Positions 38,098-51,631 of a stretch of 64,000 nt of DNA are shown piece after piece. Source of the DNA: Dimorphilus gyrociliatus (taxonomy: Eukaryota > Animalia > Annelida). The stretch is taken from contig CAJFCJ010000005.1 of the NCBI GenBank assembly GCA_904063045.1, forward strand, positions 3,684,504 through 3,748,503, in the 5' to 3' direction. Each line of letters starts with the position of its first letter. Position 1 is the stretch's first letter. The notes under the pieces were generated by a model, which ran no database searches, had not been told where the DNA came from, and worked only from the letters and a program-made list of their open reading frames with translations. Both the position numbers and the translations under genes were made by a program.

Positions 38098-40135
38098 TGA
38101 TTACCAGGGTGAAAATTCATTGCGTGTTAAATATCACAGAAAGCACGAACAGTTTACCATTAATTGTATAATTATATAAAATTTGACTCATATAATACTA
38201 CTATAGTGTTAAAGCAAAAAGTCGGATCCTGTGAACAGTAGGAATTCGCGCAGTTCAGCACCCTTTTTTTTTTAAAAATTATTAAAATCATTTAGTAAAT
38301 TGCAGATCCGTCTTTTTCACTTTTGATAAAAACGAAGAGTTCGGAGAGATCATAGTCGAAAAAAGCACACACGAGAAAAACAAAATTTCCAAACTCTTCT
38401 TAATTCTTTTTCATTACAATACGAAAATTCAACCCTGAAATTGTCCTAGGCAGCATAAACCAATTTCTATTGCATCAAGGTGGGAAACAAATCACATTGT
38501 TACTTAAGTATATAACCAACGGCATTCTCTTAGGTCAAAGTCGAAAGTTATTACCTTAGCGAAATAGTAAAATGCTGTTGATTTTTAAAAAAGCATTTGG
38601 AATTGTACGGAATTAATCAGTGAGCACGGCTCATGAGCACCATGTGGACGTCGAACAAGAGCACGAATCGCGTTATATAACTATAGACAGACCAGAGATG
38701 GTTCTGAAGAAGGCGAAAAATGTTCGTGGTGGTTGGAGAACTGCAGTACATATAGCACACACATAAAACATCTACAATTTTTTAAAAAGACAATCACTAA
38801 CACAGCACTGTTTTGCTTTATAGCCAGACTAGATAAAATATGCATTAGGTGTGAAATATTATTACAGTATACATATATAAATAAATATATGTATATTAAA
38901 TCGGATAAACATTAACACATAGATCTATAAGTATATAAAAATACATATATATATATATATATATATATGGGTAGGAACATAACGTTATGTATATGTACGT
39001 AAAAAAAGAGTACGTACGATATACATAAATATATATTTATAGATCTATGTATACGGTAAGTATTTAGTAGGTAAGTGTCGTGTGCAGTATTTTTGCACCA
39101 ACTTTCATCACAACATCAAACCACAAACGTGTATCCGTATCACAAGATCGACAAGATTTGAGATTTCTACATTGCAGCAGCTCTAAAATTTACGCTAATC
39201 AAATATGTCATAATACGATCGATGCATATGTAATACGAACGGACAAAGGCAACTACAGCATATCTCAGTAAAATAATGCATACGGATTCTCGCGCACGCT
39301 GCTAATACATCTTCTACAAGTATGACACGCAACAAAAAAATCATACAATCTTCATAAATGGCAAAAATAAACAAAAAAATGCACACCAAATAGCGACATT
39401 CATTCTTACTAATACAGGAAATTTTACTAGAGAGTAAAACACTGTCCGCTACTTTGAAATGCATAGAAACAAGGATGCGATCAGCGTATTAAAATTTTGA
39501 ATGAGCAAATAGATAGTCGAATACTATATGTCAGAGCGGGAATCGCACAGTTTATAGTATGCACGATCTCGTATTTTTTTTACAACTTAGTTATACAGAC
39601 TAGACATGAGATGTTGCCGAGTTGATATGAACACTAAAAAGTAAGGTAGCACTAAAGAAGTATTTTGATCATACTGTGACCGAGAACATCTTACGGACTA
39701 GAAACAGTTACGCCTTAACCCTATAAACCCAATTACACTTGCATTCTGTTAGGCAAATATAGTGAACACTGAATGAGCCTATTAGAATCTCATGAAAAAT
39801 ATAACGTAAGCACCGCTACTATAACACACATTCGCACAATTTTTAGCACTACGGTGAGAAATTTTGCAGGAAGCAATCACGCAAGTCTTTAACATTGGCA
39901 CAATTTAAACGACACAAATCAGCAGAACGCTAATATTCCTGACACACTATTATACTCTGTAAAATATCTACTACATATCGAGGAATGTTGATTCAGGTGT
40001 GAATACTGACATTATTACTAGCAACACTTTCATTCTTGTCCACATACATGCAGAGACAGCGAAAAAAGGAGAAAAATAGTGCAGTCTATCACAAACTTAT
40101 CACAATGAACGAAACCTGTTTAATCGAAGCGCAAA

Positions 40136-41310
40136 TTAATCGTGTTCGGGTTCTGGCGTACGAGGTTCGCTTTCGCCCTCAGAATTGAGCGGTGTGCGGA
40201 ACATAACATCCTGGGGAATCGAGTCATCTTCAGCAATAGTTTCCAGATCATGCATTAACCTCGCACTTGGTCTTAATTTTGACAGAGTACGCTTTGAAAC
40301 AGCCCAATTCAAGTTGTTCTTAGGTCGCTTGATCCTACTGGTTTTATAATTTTCCAGTACTTGTTTTGCTGCGCTTTCACATTGTTCAAGACTTTCCGCG
40401 TCCGTCTAAATAATTGGAATTTGTCAGTATAAGAAATGCAATCAATCGATTTTCCTGTATTATGTTGCATACCTGAAAGAACTGGTACAAATCGGATATA
40501 ATACCGTCAAATAGTAGCAGCAGATCACGTTCTCTCAGTTCTATTTCTAGTAAAGTCAGGGCAACGCGATAAGGCTGTATTGAAGGCACCTAACTTAATA
40601 ACAATAGAACAATGGAGATAGTAGAATCAACTTACGTGAAAAGAGTTGAATTTCGCATTGCACATAAGCACCTCTACTTTGGCACAAAGACAAGGGTATA
40701 AATCCTCAGGCAATAAATGAGCATTGGTCGAAGAAACGAGGATTTCATTGAAATAGAACAAGAAGAGATACGGCGTGGGAGCAACGAAGAAAGGACCTCT
40801 TAAGCAATAAATAATATTTCTCTCCATTGCAAGAATATCGTTGGGTGTTGCGGAACACTGAGATATGCGAATTAGGTGCGATAAGTTTGGTACGGCTTGT
40901 TCCTCTTCCGTTACTTTTGCTGCCATGTAAAAACAAGTAGTTGCCAATGCCGACAAATGTCGGCTTTCAATATCTTGCATAGTAGCGAGTAGCCTGTCGA
41001 GTATATGAAGGGCGAGGGCGAAGGTAGAGGACGTGTAACCGTAGAAAATATTGAGCAATCGTATATTCGAAGCTGCGTTGTCACGTTCCATTTGACTAAC
41101 CCTTTTATCACAACTAGAATGATCACTTTTCAGAGGTAAATGTTCAAGTATAGGATAGCTGGGAGAGACTTGCAGTAATGCTTTGTTCAATCTCGACATC
41201 ATACATTCTCGAAACCTGATTGTTTGATCACTGAGTGTTGGACTTGCAGCTAATGACGTCCTATTCATTTTGCCGTTCGATGTCTGTGACCTCTTAGCGC
41301 CTCTGAACAA
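40136..41310 (-). CDS. CCNG: Cyclin G; exons ~41310-40636, ~40575-40474, ~40402-40136; possible extra 5' exon 41699-41652
   Basis: Cyclin box FALALHILDRLLA..CFYMAAKVTEE..LIRISQCSATPNDILAMER and C-terminal LNWAVSKRTLSKL..LETIAED match cyclin G (IRISQCKCTASDIKRME; LVWIVSRRT..LPTIPE). Confidence 0.9.
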
Positions 41311-41960
41311 CTAAAACATCCCACTGAAAATATAAATAAAAAAATATTAAATTAGGCCTTTACAATGTTGCAATAGCTCAAGAATTAAATGTTATGAACA
41401 AGTTAATCAGAGATTGCAGTTCAACCCATCATATCTCGAACTTTATTAATACCTATTTTAAAAAATTTTAGCCTTCGAGTCCTGTAAAAATGTCAGTTGA
41501 TTTGCCATGGAACGGAAAGCAGGTCGATCAACTTGTAAATGACCGTTAACGGTTCAGTTTATTTTCGATTTTCGTATTAATTTAAGTCAGAATTTGGTAA
41601 AACCATCGACGAATATTTCACGAGATTAGTAATTAGTAAAATTAACCGTACCGAATATCTGCTGCAACACGTCGAGAGGAAAATCGTAGAGAAGAACATG
41701 CACAATCTTCCTTCGCGACCGCTGCACTACATTCGTCTACGCTCGCCAACATACGGGTAACTCGGTAATAAATTAGTCCCGAGATTGTACACAAAACTAT
41801 GCAAAATACGAAAATTTAGAATAAACTTTAATAAAAGCATATTTTTTTTTTAGTTATCAAAATTATTTTAAATGCTTTCTTTTAGTAAAATATGTATTAA
41901 TATTGGAGATAGAGCCCTGGTAATAGAATAAAAGTAGTCCCAGTCGCGTCGCATAAGGCG

Positions 41961-41970
41961 AGGGCGGAGT
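41961..41970 (+). promoter_or_regulatory. GC box in the cyclin G/cyclin I bidirectional promoter region
   Basis: AGGGCGGAGT, an Sp/KLF-type consensus between the two divergent cyclin genes. Confidence 0.4.
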
Positions 41971-42819
41971 AGTCGATAAAAACACAGCCATATTCAATCA
42001 GCTGCTCCTATTTCGATTTTTCTTCGAAAATTATAGAGAAAAGACTGATATTTTCTAGTCAAAATCTCTTTCAATATATGAAGATGTTACGAATGTAAAT
42101 ACGAATCGAAAAACGCTCTCGTTGGGGGAGTTTTCCTTCTCAAATTCGTCATTTTTCGCATTGTAACTAAAGGTAAGAAAAATCAAATTCTTTGTTTATT
42201 GTATATCTCTTTGTAACCGTCACGCGTGTTGTTTATGGGTTACACTAAGGACATAAGGGTTATTTGGCGCAATATTCCTAACAATTCTCTTTAGAAATTA
42301 GCCATTATTGATTTTTACGATGGGGGAGCGCCAACAAAAATCAATTAGAAAAACAAATAGGCCGTAAGCCATGAGCATTTCATCACTTATGATAGAGAAT
42401 TTATTTATTACGAGAACTTCAAACAACCCTTCACTTATGTTATACCTATTCAAATTTTAACCATGAAACGGCCTAACTCGGTACGTTATTCAGTCTTTAA
42501 ATTTTTGAATAAACAACCAACAACGCCCTCAAAAACATATAGAATAAGAAAACTCGGCCGTTAAAATCAGATTTCCTAAGAAAAGTGGTTTTTTACGAAA
42601 TATTTAATCTTATCGAAGATAAACCAAATTTTTACCAACAATCGATGACTATTCTGACGTCAGAATTTTCAGTATTACAAAAACAGATTACACTTAGTTG
42701 TACGGTAGGCCTTAACAACAGCTGACGTAAATCGTTAAATATCGTTTCGGCCTTCTAGAGCTAGAATGTGTGTTTGAAAATGTGTGAATAAGCTAAGGAT
42801 TTTGTTTTCTAGAAGAGAG

Positions 42820-43732
42820 ATGGAGCGCCAGCAGCGCAGGGACAATCACATTATGGAAAAACTCATTCCATTACTTCATTCCCTAGCTGAAAAAGAAGAA
42901 CGTGTTTGGCAGCCTGTATTCTATCCGACAATGGATGTAAGCACGATACTATTTTGGAATCTTCTAGAATTTCTGATTTTTTTTTTTTATTTAGAATAAA
43001 GGCTATGTGACTGGTATTAAGAGAGATGAGGGTGTACAACTTATGATCTGCATGAACCAAGCGTTCAATTTATTGCCAGAATCGCTTTCATTGGGAATTT
43101 CTCTGCTCGATAAATTCTTATCTGCTTGCAAGGTAAACTATAGTAAATTAATGATTGAATATTTTATAAACAAATTTTTTTAACAGGTACAGGAAAAGTA
43201 CATAAATGTGGTATCGATAAGTTGTTGGTTCGTCGCAGTCAAAGCTGTTGAGGAATCACACCCTACTGCCTACGAAGTAGTCCAGCAGGCTCGCGGAATC
43301 ATCACTAAAGCCGAACTATTACGAATGGAGCGCATTGTCTTGCGTAAACTCGACTATGACACTCGTTCTGTTTGTAGCGTTGAAGTGCTGCATGTGTTAC
43401 ACTCTCTTCTTCGTACCGCACCCTCATCAGAAACTTGCCATTCTAATAATTTGAAGGCGATGACCGTGCAGCTCCTGAAGTGCCTTTCTTGGCATGCTTT
43501 GGGGGCCACCGTTAAACCTTCTCTTCTGGCTTTATCTGTTATCACCGTTCATTTGGAAATGGTATCCAGTTATTGGGAAAGCATGGCTAAACGCTTTTGT
43601 TTAATTTTAAACGCCGATATGGAATATTTAATTGGTCTCAATGAGCAAGTTGGCCAATTTATAGCTTCCTGCTACGAACAAATCAAACCTGAAAGGGGTC
43701 CAACTCCAATGGATCATTATGCTATTGAATAA
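42820..43732 (+). CDS. CCNI: Cyclin I-like, 3 exons
   Basis: LLHSLAEKEERVW..KRDEGVQ..FNLLPESLSLGISLLDKFL..K|VQEKYINVVSISCWFVAVKAVEE..ELLRMERIVLRKLDYD..LTVQLLKC-like motif, matching cyclin I family. Confidence 0.82.
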
Positions 43733-44415
43733 AAAGGTTTCTCCACACTGGTATACCGTTATTTTATCGCATAGCTCTGACTGTTGATTTTCAAAAAAAA
43801 ATTCTTTTATCATTTTTGTTCTGAGTATCAGCCGTATTTAGTTATTCGTGCACATATTATATACTCTGTGATCGGTACCCGTCTTGCGTATGACTGAAAC
43901 GCTAAGGATATCCTCAAGTATTCTCTGAGATTTCTCTGGTGAAAAAAAAAACTGTTACGTTTATACTGGTCATATATCTGCACATTCATTTTCTCTACTA
44001 TTAAAGAAGTGAAAGCGGATTGTTCGCGGACAAAATTTCAATGGGTGCTTACAAAAACAAAAAAAAAAACTGTATCTGTGTTTTTCAGTTAATGACGAAG
44101 TAGTTACTGCAAAGACTAACCCACCAGTGTTAACGTCTATTTTATTCAACATGTATTAAAAGCTGTGTTCAATGTAATAGAAATAAATAGTTTAAGTATC
44201 ATTTAACAGTTTTAAGATGCGGTGTTAAAAAAAAGTGAATTATTTATTGTATTATTTTATTGAAATAAAACTTTATGAAATCGAAAAAACAAAGAAATTT
44301 AATAAAACGTATTAATTCATAATTACAATTAAATGTATATATATATATATATAAACTATATATAACTCTCTATGTTTGTAAACGTCTATATATTGTATGT
44401 ATATACAAAAGTGCA

Positions 44416-47400
44416 TTAATTGATTCCTGCAGCTCGATTACGACGGCGAACCGAACCAGTAACATTCTCTTGACTAACTTCCTTTGAGGACAACCTATTT
44501 AAAACACCTTGTAAGCTTTTCTTCATTTCAGCCGGTTGCATCAACTGTATTGAACATTTTAATAAAAGAGAATTATTATTATCAGAATGATTCATTTTGC
44601 GACTATTACTAACCTGAGGATAGAAATAGAAAAGTACTCCTATTATCAGTATAGCTAAAGGAAGTAGGGAAGTTGATGTTAGCTCGTGATCTCCTCCTCT
44701 CTTCATTTCAGAATGGAATGCGAGAACAAAGTGCTTGTAGGATGAATTTGCGATAAATGACAATTGCTGGGGATTAGAGTTATATTGAGATTTGGGTAGA
44801 GATGAAACGACCTTCAGAACATATTCTGTAGAATCGTCTCTTGGCACGGATGTATAAAAGAATGGCGTTATAGGAGTAATTGAAGTAATTAGTTCCCCAT
44901 CACGTAATAAGTGAACGCTTAATGTTGACCAATACTTTTGTTTGGCATCAACTCTTCCGGAAATATCCATTTGATTTAGTCTTCTAAATGCAATCAGATC
45001 AATTGAATATAGATCAGCGTCTTTCACTTGGACAGGTAAAGATGTAGGAGATGTACGTTCAATGTGATGATTAGACGACTTCTTGATTTGAATACTATAA
45101 AGACAATTAGGATGGAGACCTCTAATTCGATATTTTCCTTCTTCATCAGTTTGAGCTTCTTCCTGTGTACATATTTCAGTAGTAGGTACAGCTTCAATTG
45201 TTACTCTTGGTTCGGGTGTCAAATTTAATGAGGTGATTTTTCCAAATACACTAAAAGCAACTCGGTTTCCCTTAATATCTGCATTTACGCTCTCTCCTTC
45301 CTTGACTTGGATCATTCTAGAGGCGGGATCAAATTCATATTCTTTCTTCATTGTTCTGAGATAGTATTGGCCTGGTCCAAGTCCAACAAAGTTCATTACG
45401 CCGTTAGTACCTGTTGCTTTATTGTTTCTATATCCGTTATCGCCACTTAACGAAACCAGAACGCCATCCAAAGGTTCTTGATTTTCTCCTTTAACTGTAA
45501 TAACTACTTCAGCTAACTTGAATGCTTTAAAATTATCTCCATCCTTTGAAAGAACGTAACCCTCTTTTTCCGCAAAAATTTCATACTCCTTTTCTGCTTG
45601 AAGAGGTCCAAAAGAGAAAAATCCTTTAGTATCTGTTACTTGCCAACTTGTAACGGATCCGTCCGTTGATGTTACGGTTATATTGACACCTTCTATGCTT
45701 GGTTTAACGAATCCCTTCTTAAAAACTCCCATTTGTCCATCAAACTTGGTGATTACTCCATAACATTCAGAGTTTCCTTGTACTGTATGTTTAGCTTCTC
45801 TTGGATTGAATAAGAGTGTTGCGGACGATGGTGTTATTGTTAATTCTTCACCTTTTCTAACCCAACTCTCAAACGAATAGATGTATGTTTTAGCTTCTAA
45901 TTTAGGTACAATTGGTCCGATCTTAACTCCCTCCCCACCGCCTTCAATAACAATTTCCATATCAGAAACCTTACTTTGTGAGCGAATTTCTCCTTGGAAG
46001 AGATGAGCTACAGCATTAAAAGCTATGCCATGACCGGAAGAGGTATCCCAACTATACTGGGCTTGTTCAAATTGATGACAACTCTTAGGTCTAAGGACGT
46101 ATTGTCCCTTTTTGGGAACACATTCAAAATTTGAACCTGTTCTTAGTTGTACCTCCTTTACCAAGGCATCGTTTTGAGTAATATGTACTTTAGTGTCATG
46201 CGATGTAGTAATTGTCAATCGATAGCCAGTTTGTTCAAACAGCACATTATCAATGTTCTCATTAATTATTTTTACTTTGACAGAATCCTGCTTCCAACAG
46301 AATTTGTCTTGAACAATCTCAATTTTGTAATCACCGGGTATAACTTCCAAAAGTTCGAAAGAGTTTCCTTTAACTGTCCCCAAACGCCTTTCTTCGCCAA
46401 TCAATACGACTTGAACATTTTCACACTTGTCTAAGCATTTCACATTTCCTTTAACTGTTGCTAAGAACATTGTGAATCTTATATTTGACATTGGCTTGTC
46501 AACAACTTTAATTGGATATTTAGCTGGCGTCAACTGAGGTAAATCTGCTCCCTGTCGAATCTGTATGAAATATTCACCTGGAGCTAATGGTATACAAAAT
46601 GCTCCAGTTACTCTTGCTGAAGTGACAGGTTTATTTCCCTTATCTACAACATAGACTTCACGCTGAGATGAGCTTTCCACATCTCCACAAACATCCAATT
46701 TGGAGGCTACTATCGATGGTAATTCAGGCTTAGTGGGAGATACATTGACTGTGGTTTTGTCAAAATGCATTCCGTTAGCCATAACAGTTATAACGTGGAC
46801 ACCTCGTCTTATTCCATCAATTGAAAAGGTACCGTCATTTCTCGTCAAAGTCTCCTCCTTACCATCTAAAATTACTCTAGCGGCAGCTACACCCTTGTTA
46901 CCAGCAAGTACTTTTCCTTTAATTAGAAAGCCTGCTACCGAAAATGGCGAATCAATTTTAACGGTTTTATGCTTCACTTCAAAAGCGTATTTGGCTGGTT
47001 GAACTTCGTAGGTTGTTAAATCACCTTTATAAAAAGGAACCAAGTTGTATTTCCCACAGGGTAGAGCAGGGAACTTAAAAGAACCATTGGATTCGGATAT
47101 TACATAGCAAATGGGTTTCTTCTCGAATCTTTCTAAATTGGCGTGATCGCAATGCTTTACTAACTTATTACCATCTTCAGAATAAAGTAAAAAAAAAACA
47201 TCTCTAACAGGTTCACCGTCACTTATTACTCTTCCTGTAACATCATATCCATGAACTATTAACTTTTGACCAGCATCACCAGTTTGAGTAGTTACTGTCA
47301 CTTTGGTTTTGGAATTTTCGAAGGTCCATCGATCGTGAACAGCTTCGATATCATAACTCCCAGGAAGAACATTTGCAAAAGTAAATTTCCCATTAACAGC

Positions 47401-47977
47401 TGATTTTGTAGACTGTAAGATTTTATTATCTCTTTTGAGTTGGATTGTTACTCCCTCTGGTCCTTCATTTTGACCTTGACTTATAACTTGTCCAATTACA
47501 CCAAAGCCAACAAAGTTGAAATTAATGTCTTTCTGGATACTACAAGGATCAGACTTACCATCGATATTAAGATCGACAGTGCTTGGTTCTAAAAAACAAA
47601 CAATTTATAAAGGATGACGGTTTAGTGATATACAATGATCAAACCAAAAGTCCATCCGGGAGGGGATTCAACCTTTAGGAGATATTCGCCCTTATCATAA
47701 ACTGGAATTGTATAGTATCCATTTGGGGCTAAATCTGAGGAGTACTTTAAGCCACCGCTTTTTGTGTAAAGCTTCACCTATAGAGAAATTTACTTATTGT
47801 CGCTCAATGACGGCAAGGTATCCCGATAAATGTACTTACATTTATTAAGTTAAATTTTATTTTCACTTCAGATTTTACAAAACCACCGCAACCTAAAATA
47901 TCTTGAGCAAATGTCACGTCTATAGTTTTGACTAGGTAGAAAAGAAGAAAATATATAATTTTTTGCTTGGATATCAT
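44416..47977 (-). CDS. NOMO: Nodal modulator / BOS complex subunit NOMO; 4 exons including one ~3 kb exon
   Basis: Signal peptide then DILGCGGFVKSEV..|VKLYTKSGGLKY..NGYYTIPVYDKGEYLLKVESPPGWTF|EPSTV; repeated Ig/prealbumin-like domains; C-terminal TM. Confidence 0.93.
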
Positions 47978-48407
47978 GATGCGGATGAAACGATTTTCGA
48001 AAGGACTTTGGACAACCTAAAGTATTTGATTGGAATTTTTTTTCGTTTTGCAAATTTAAAAAGTAGAAGCCGATGTAACACAAAATCAATAGGAACACTT
48101 TTAATAAGCGTGTATTAGTTAACGTTTGGATAAATATTTTTAATATATTGAATTTCTTCACAAAGTTTTCAATCTTTTACAATCTCGATTTTTGAATATT
48201 TTCTCCATTCAAAATTATGTAGGTTAATTAGGAAATATTTATAAATAACATAATAGTGCTCTTTTTACATTTATTTCTATTAAATTAATATAAAGTACAA
48301 TATATTGAATCTTTGTTTTAATTTGGAATTACTTTTAAAACATAGCCGATAATTGGCTGGTACATCAACGGATAGTACACTCTTTTGGAACAGTGTTTAT
48401 CTGAAAC

Positions 48408-49488
48408 ATGGAGTCCGTAAAGAAAATTGCAAAAAAGCAAAATAATCAGTTCAAAACAATAGAAGTAAATAGGGAGATACCGCTCGAAATTGATGAAGGA
48501 AATTTATTAGCTATGGATATTGTTCCTGTGAGTTCTGAGAAGTCAAAGTATGTTGAATAATATAATATCCCATATTATCGTTCGATTGCACGTGTACGTT
48601 AATCTTTCAGATCGACTCTAGAACAAACTTTGATAAAATTATGCAGGGATAATACTCAATTGTTGCTCAATAAAATATGGGAGGTATAAATCATTTGTTA
48701 CGAAATATTTAAATGTTACTTAAAACCTGTTATTTTAATAGTTGCCAATTGAACGAGTAGATTCTTCAGTTGTCGCCAATTTACCAGACGGAAAAACTAT
48801 AATTCCACGTGAAAAGCCCATTCCCAAGCCTAAAGAAGAAACCAAATGGGAGAAGTACGCTAAAATTAAGGGAATTCAAAATCGGAAGAGGTCTCGAATG
48901 GTTTGGGATGAAAAAGCTAAAGATTGGAAACCTAGATGGGGATACAAACGAGCTGACGATGAAAAAGAAGACTGGGTACTAGAAGTGCCAGAAAATGCTG
49001 ATCCAATGGAAGATCAATTTGAAAAACGATCTAAAGCTAAGAAAGAGAGAGTAGCTAAAAATGAATTGCAAAGATTACGAAACTTAGCAAGAGCTACTAA
49101 AGGTAAAATTCCAGGCGTTGGTTTAACGCCTACAGACAAACCAGATAAGGATTATTTATCTAAGGCGTTGACCGTTGCAAAAAAGTCAACAGCGTCCTTG
49201 GGGAAATTTGATAAAAAACTACCAAATGAAAAAGAAGGTCGTAGAACAAAGAGAAAATTTGAATCTAATCTAGAGAATTTGGAATCTGAAAAGAAGAGAG
49301 CATTGGACGTTATATCGAAAATGGGAAAAAATAAACCTATTATGAATACAAATAAAGCTACAAATATAAGTATACGAGACGAGCAATTGGCTAAATCAAC
49401 TGAAAAGAAATCTAAAAAGACTCCAAAAAAGAATAAATCAGCAGATGGAAAAAATAAAAATAAAAAGAAATTTGGCAAAAAAAAATAA
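48408..49488 (+). CDS. RRS1: Ribosome biogenesis regulatory protein RRS1, 3 exons
   Basis: LEIDEGNLLA..RDNTQLLLNKIWE|LP..PREKPIPKPKEETKWEKYAKIKGI..WDE..W.PRWGYK; Lys-rich tail. Confidence 0.95.
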
Positions 49489-49877
49489 ACAAACACTAAA
49501 ACAAGTATAAATAACAATAAAATAAGTGCATATATGCAGTATATATATAGATATGTATATATATAGTGTATACAACTATTGTTTATAATTAAGTTTACAG
49601 TTAAATACACCACTTGTTAGTGCCCTAAAAGGATGAAAATTAATTAGTTAATTAATTAATTTCGAATTTAAAATAATCAATAATAACGGTGATATAAAGA
49701 TTGTTTAAAAACACTAAAATAAACATAACAACAAGAAGAATGAAAAAAATAGAAACAAAAAAGGAAAGAAATCGATTTTAAGAAGGAAATAATTAAGGTA
49801 ATCCTTTTCCATACTTTATTTAGGAGATGGACGCTTTCTAATAGAGCTTTTATGGACAGAAAAAGAGGTAATAAAAA

Positions 49878-51023
49878 ATGACTAGGCGCCACAAAGCTTT
49901 CTTATTGATTCAGATCTGCTGTTTTATTGCTGTTATTGTTACCGCTTCGTTAGCTATTGATGCTTTAAGAACAACTCGATCAGATTTGGTAATCAAGATT
50001 TTCTCTTTTACAAAAGTGGAAATCAATTATGATAAATTAACTTTGTTGAACTTTGCACTAATATTTAACATTATTGGCAGTTTTGCCATGAACCTTTTAT
50101 CCCTTTTTGGTATTCACTTTGCGAATAGGAACAAGGTTAGAGCTTTGGAAGCTTATATTATTTGTCAAAACGTTGTATTCATTCTACATAGCACATCTAT
50201 CATACTCGCTTCACTATATCATGCCAATATTTCTGAAGGATTGGGTGTTGCCATGCATTCCAGAATGGGTACTTATTACCGTAATAAATCGATGATATTG
50301 AAGAATAGGTTAAGCTGGGCTCGTGATGAGGTTTCACAGGCCTGGGATATAGCTCATTTACGGGTAATCCTCAAAGCTTTTATGAGGTTTATCTTACTCT
50401 TGAATTTATTTTTTCTATCAGTATCAGTGCTGCGGTTTGAGAATATCATCTAGTAACCCTAGAACTAATCCTATGGCGTTCTATATCTGCAGAAGCGCAT
50501 GGGGAAAAAGCACAACTGATAAAAACGAATCAGTATGTTAAGGGAATTAGAATATGATTTATGACTATATAAAAATATTTAGTTTTATTTACATTTTTAT
50601 TAGTTTTACTCTTCTTATTTATTTTCCCTCTGTCCCTCTTTCTCTTTTCTTTTTTATAGTTTATTCCAAAATTTCCACCGAGCTGTTGTAAAGCTAAAAA
50701 TGGAGGAGCCTATCCAAAGATAAAAGATTCTTTTAAGTTAGAAATCGAAGCTGTAAATGATTGGAAAAGTTGTCTGCTTGTAGATTATGAAGATAATAAT
50801 AATATTAATAAAGACTCTTGCTATAAACCAATAGCCAATTTATTAGAAACCTATACAAAGATGGCGTTAGGTTGTTCAGTTATAAATTCTAGTTTACAGG
50901 TTAAAATTACATCTTTTAATAATTATTTAAGAATAGCTTCCTTATACACAGATAATAATAATATTTAATGCAATACTGGTAAAGAACGTTATGAATTCCC
51001 ATAATAATCAGCAAGAAATATAA
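49878..51023 (+). CDS. Divergent tetraspanin; last exon uncertain
   Basis: Three N-terminal TM segments, then AWDIAHLR|YQCCG and PPSCC motifs, a further Cys pair and a final hydrophobic segment. Confidence 0.75.
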
Positions 51024-51631
51024 CAATATATACATGATATGGAGATTTCTTTAAGGACAAACTATTTAGTAAACAGTAGAACCCTATTTATTACGTTTCT
51101 CTGTTTTTTTTTAGCTTTAATTGATGAATATACAGGCAATAAATAGCTAAAAAAAGAATGATAAATATTATAATTATCGTATTTAATGATTATGTTAACT
51201 TTATAAAAAGTAGGCGTAAAGATTTATTACTTTTATTATTTCTATTAATCAATTAGAAGGAAATAATTTAAAATAAAAAGAGTAAAATGCTTGTTTTATA
51301 TTTATATATTATGAAATTATGCTTTTTTTTGCCTTCTGTTTACTTCATTGTTATTATTGAGAGTGAAAGAAACTAAAAATTGACATCGAAAATAATAACT
51401 TAAACGAATTTGATATTCCCTTATTGTTTGTTATCTCTGACTATCACGTGTATATTCCGCAATTGATTCGTTTTACCGCTGTAACTGAATTAATTTTCAA
51501 TTTTTTGGCTATTTTTGGATAAAATATTCATTTCTGTTTGTATTTCATTAATCCTGCTAAAAAAATTATATTCCTGATTGCGATATATTTATAGAAATTG
51601 TAAAATTATCATTTTATCGCTCAAAGCAACC

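Noticed and set aside
38221-38273. GC-richer stretch ending in a T11 run, resembling a Pol III ncRNA end
   Set aside because: No A/B box, cloverleaf or similarity to U6, 7SK, Y or vault RNA recognised.
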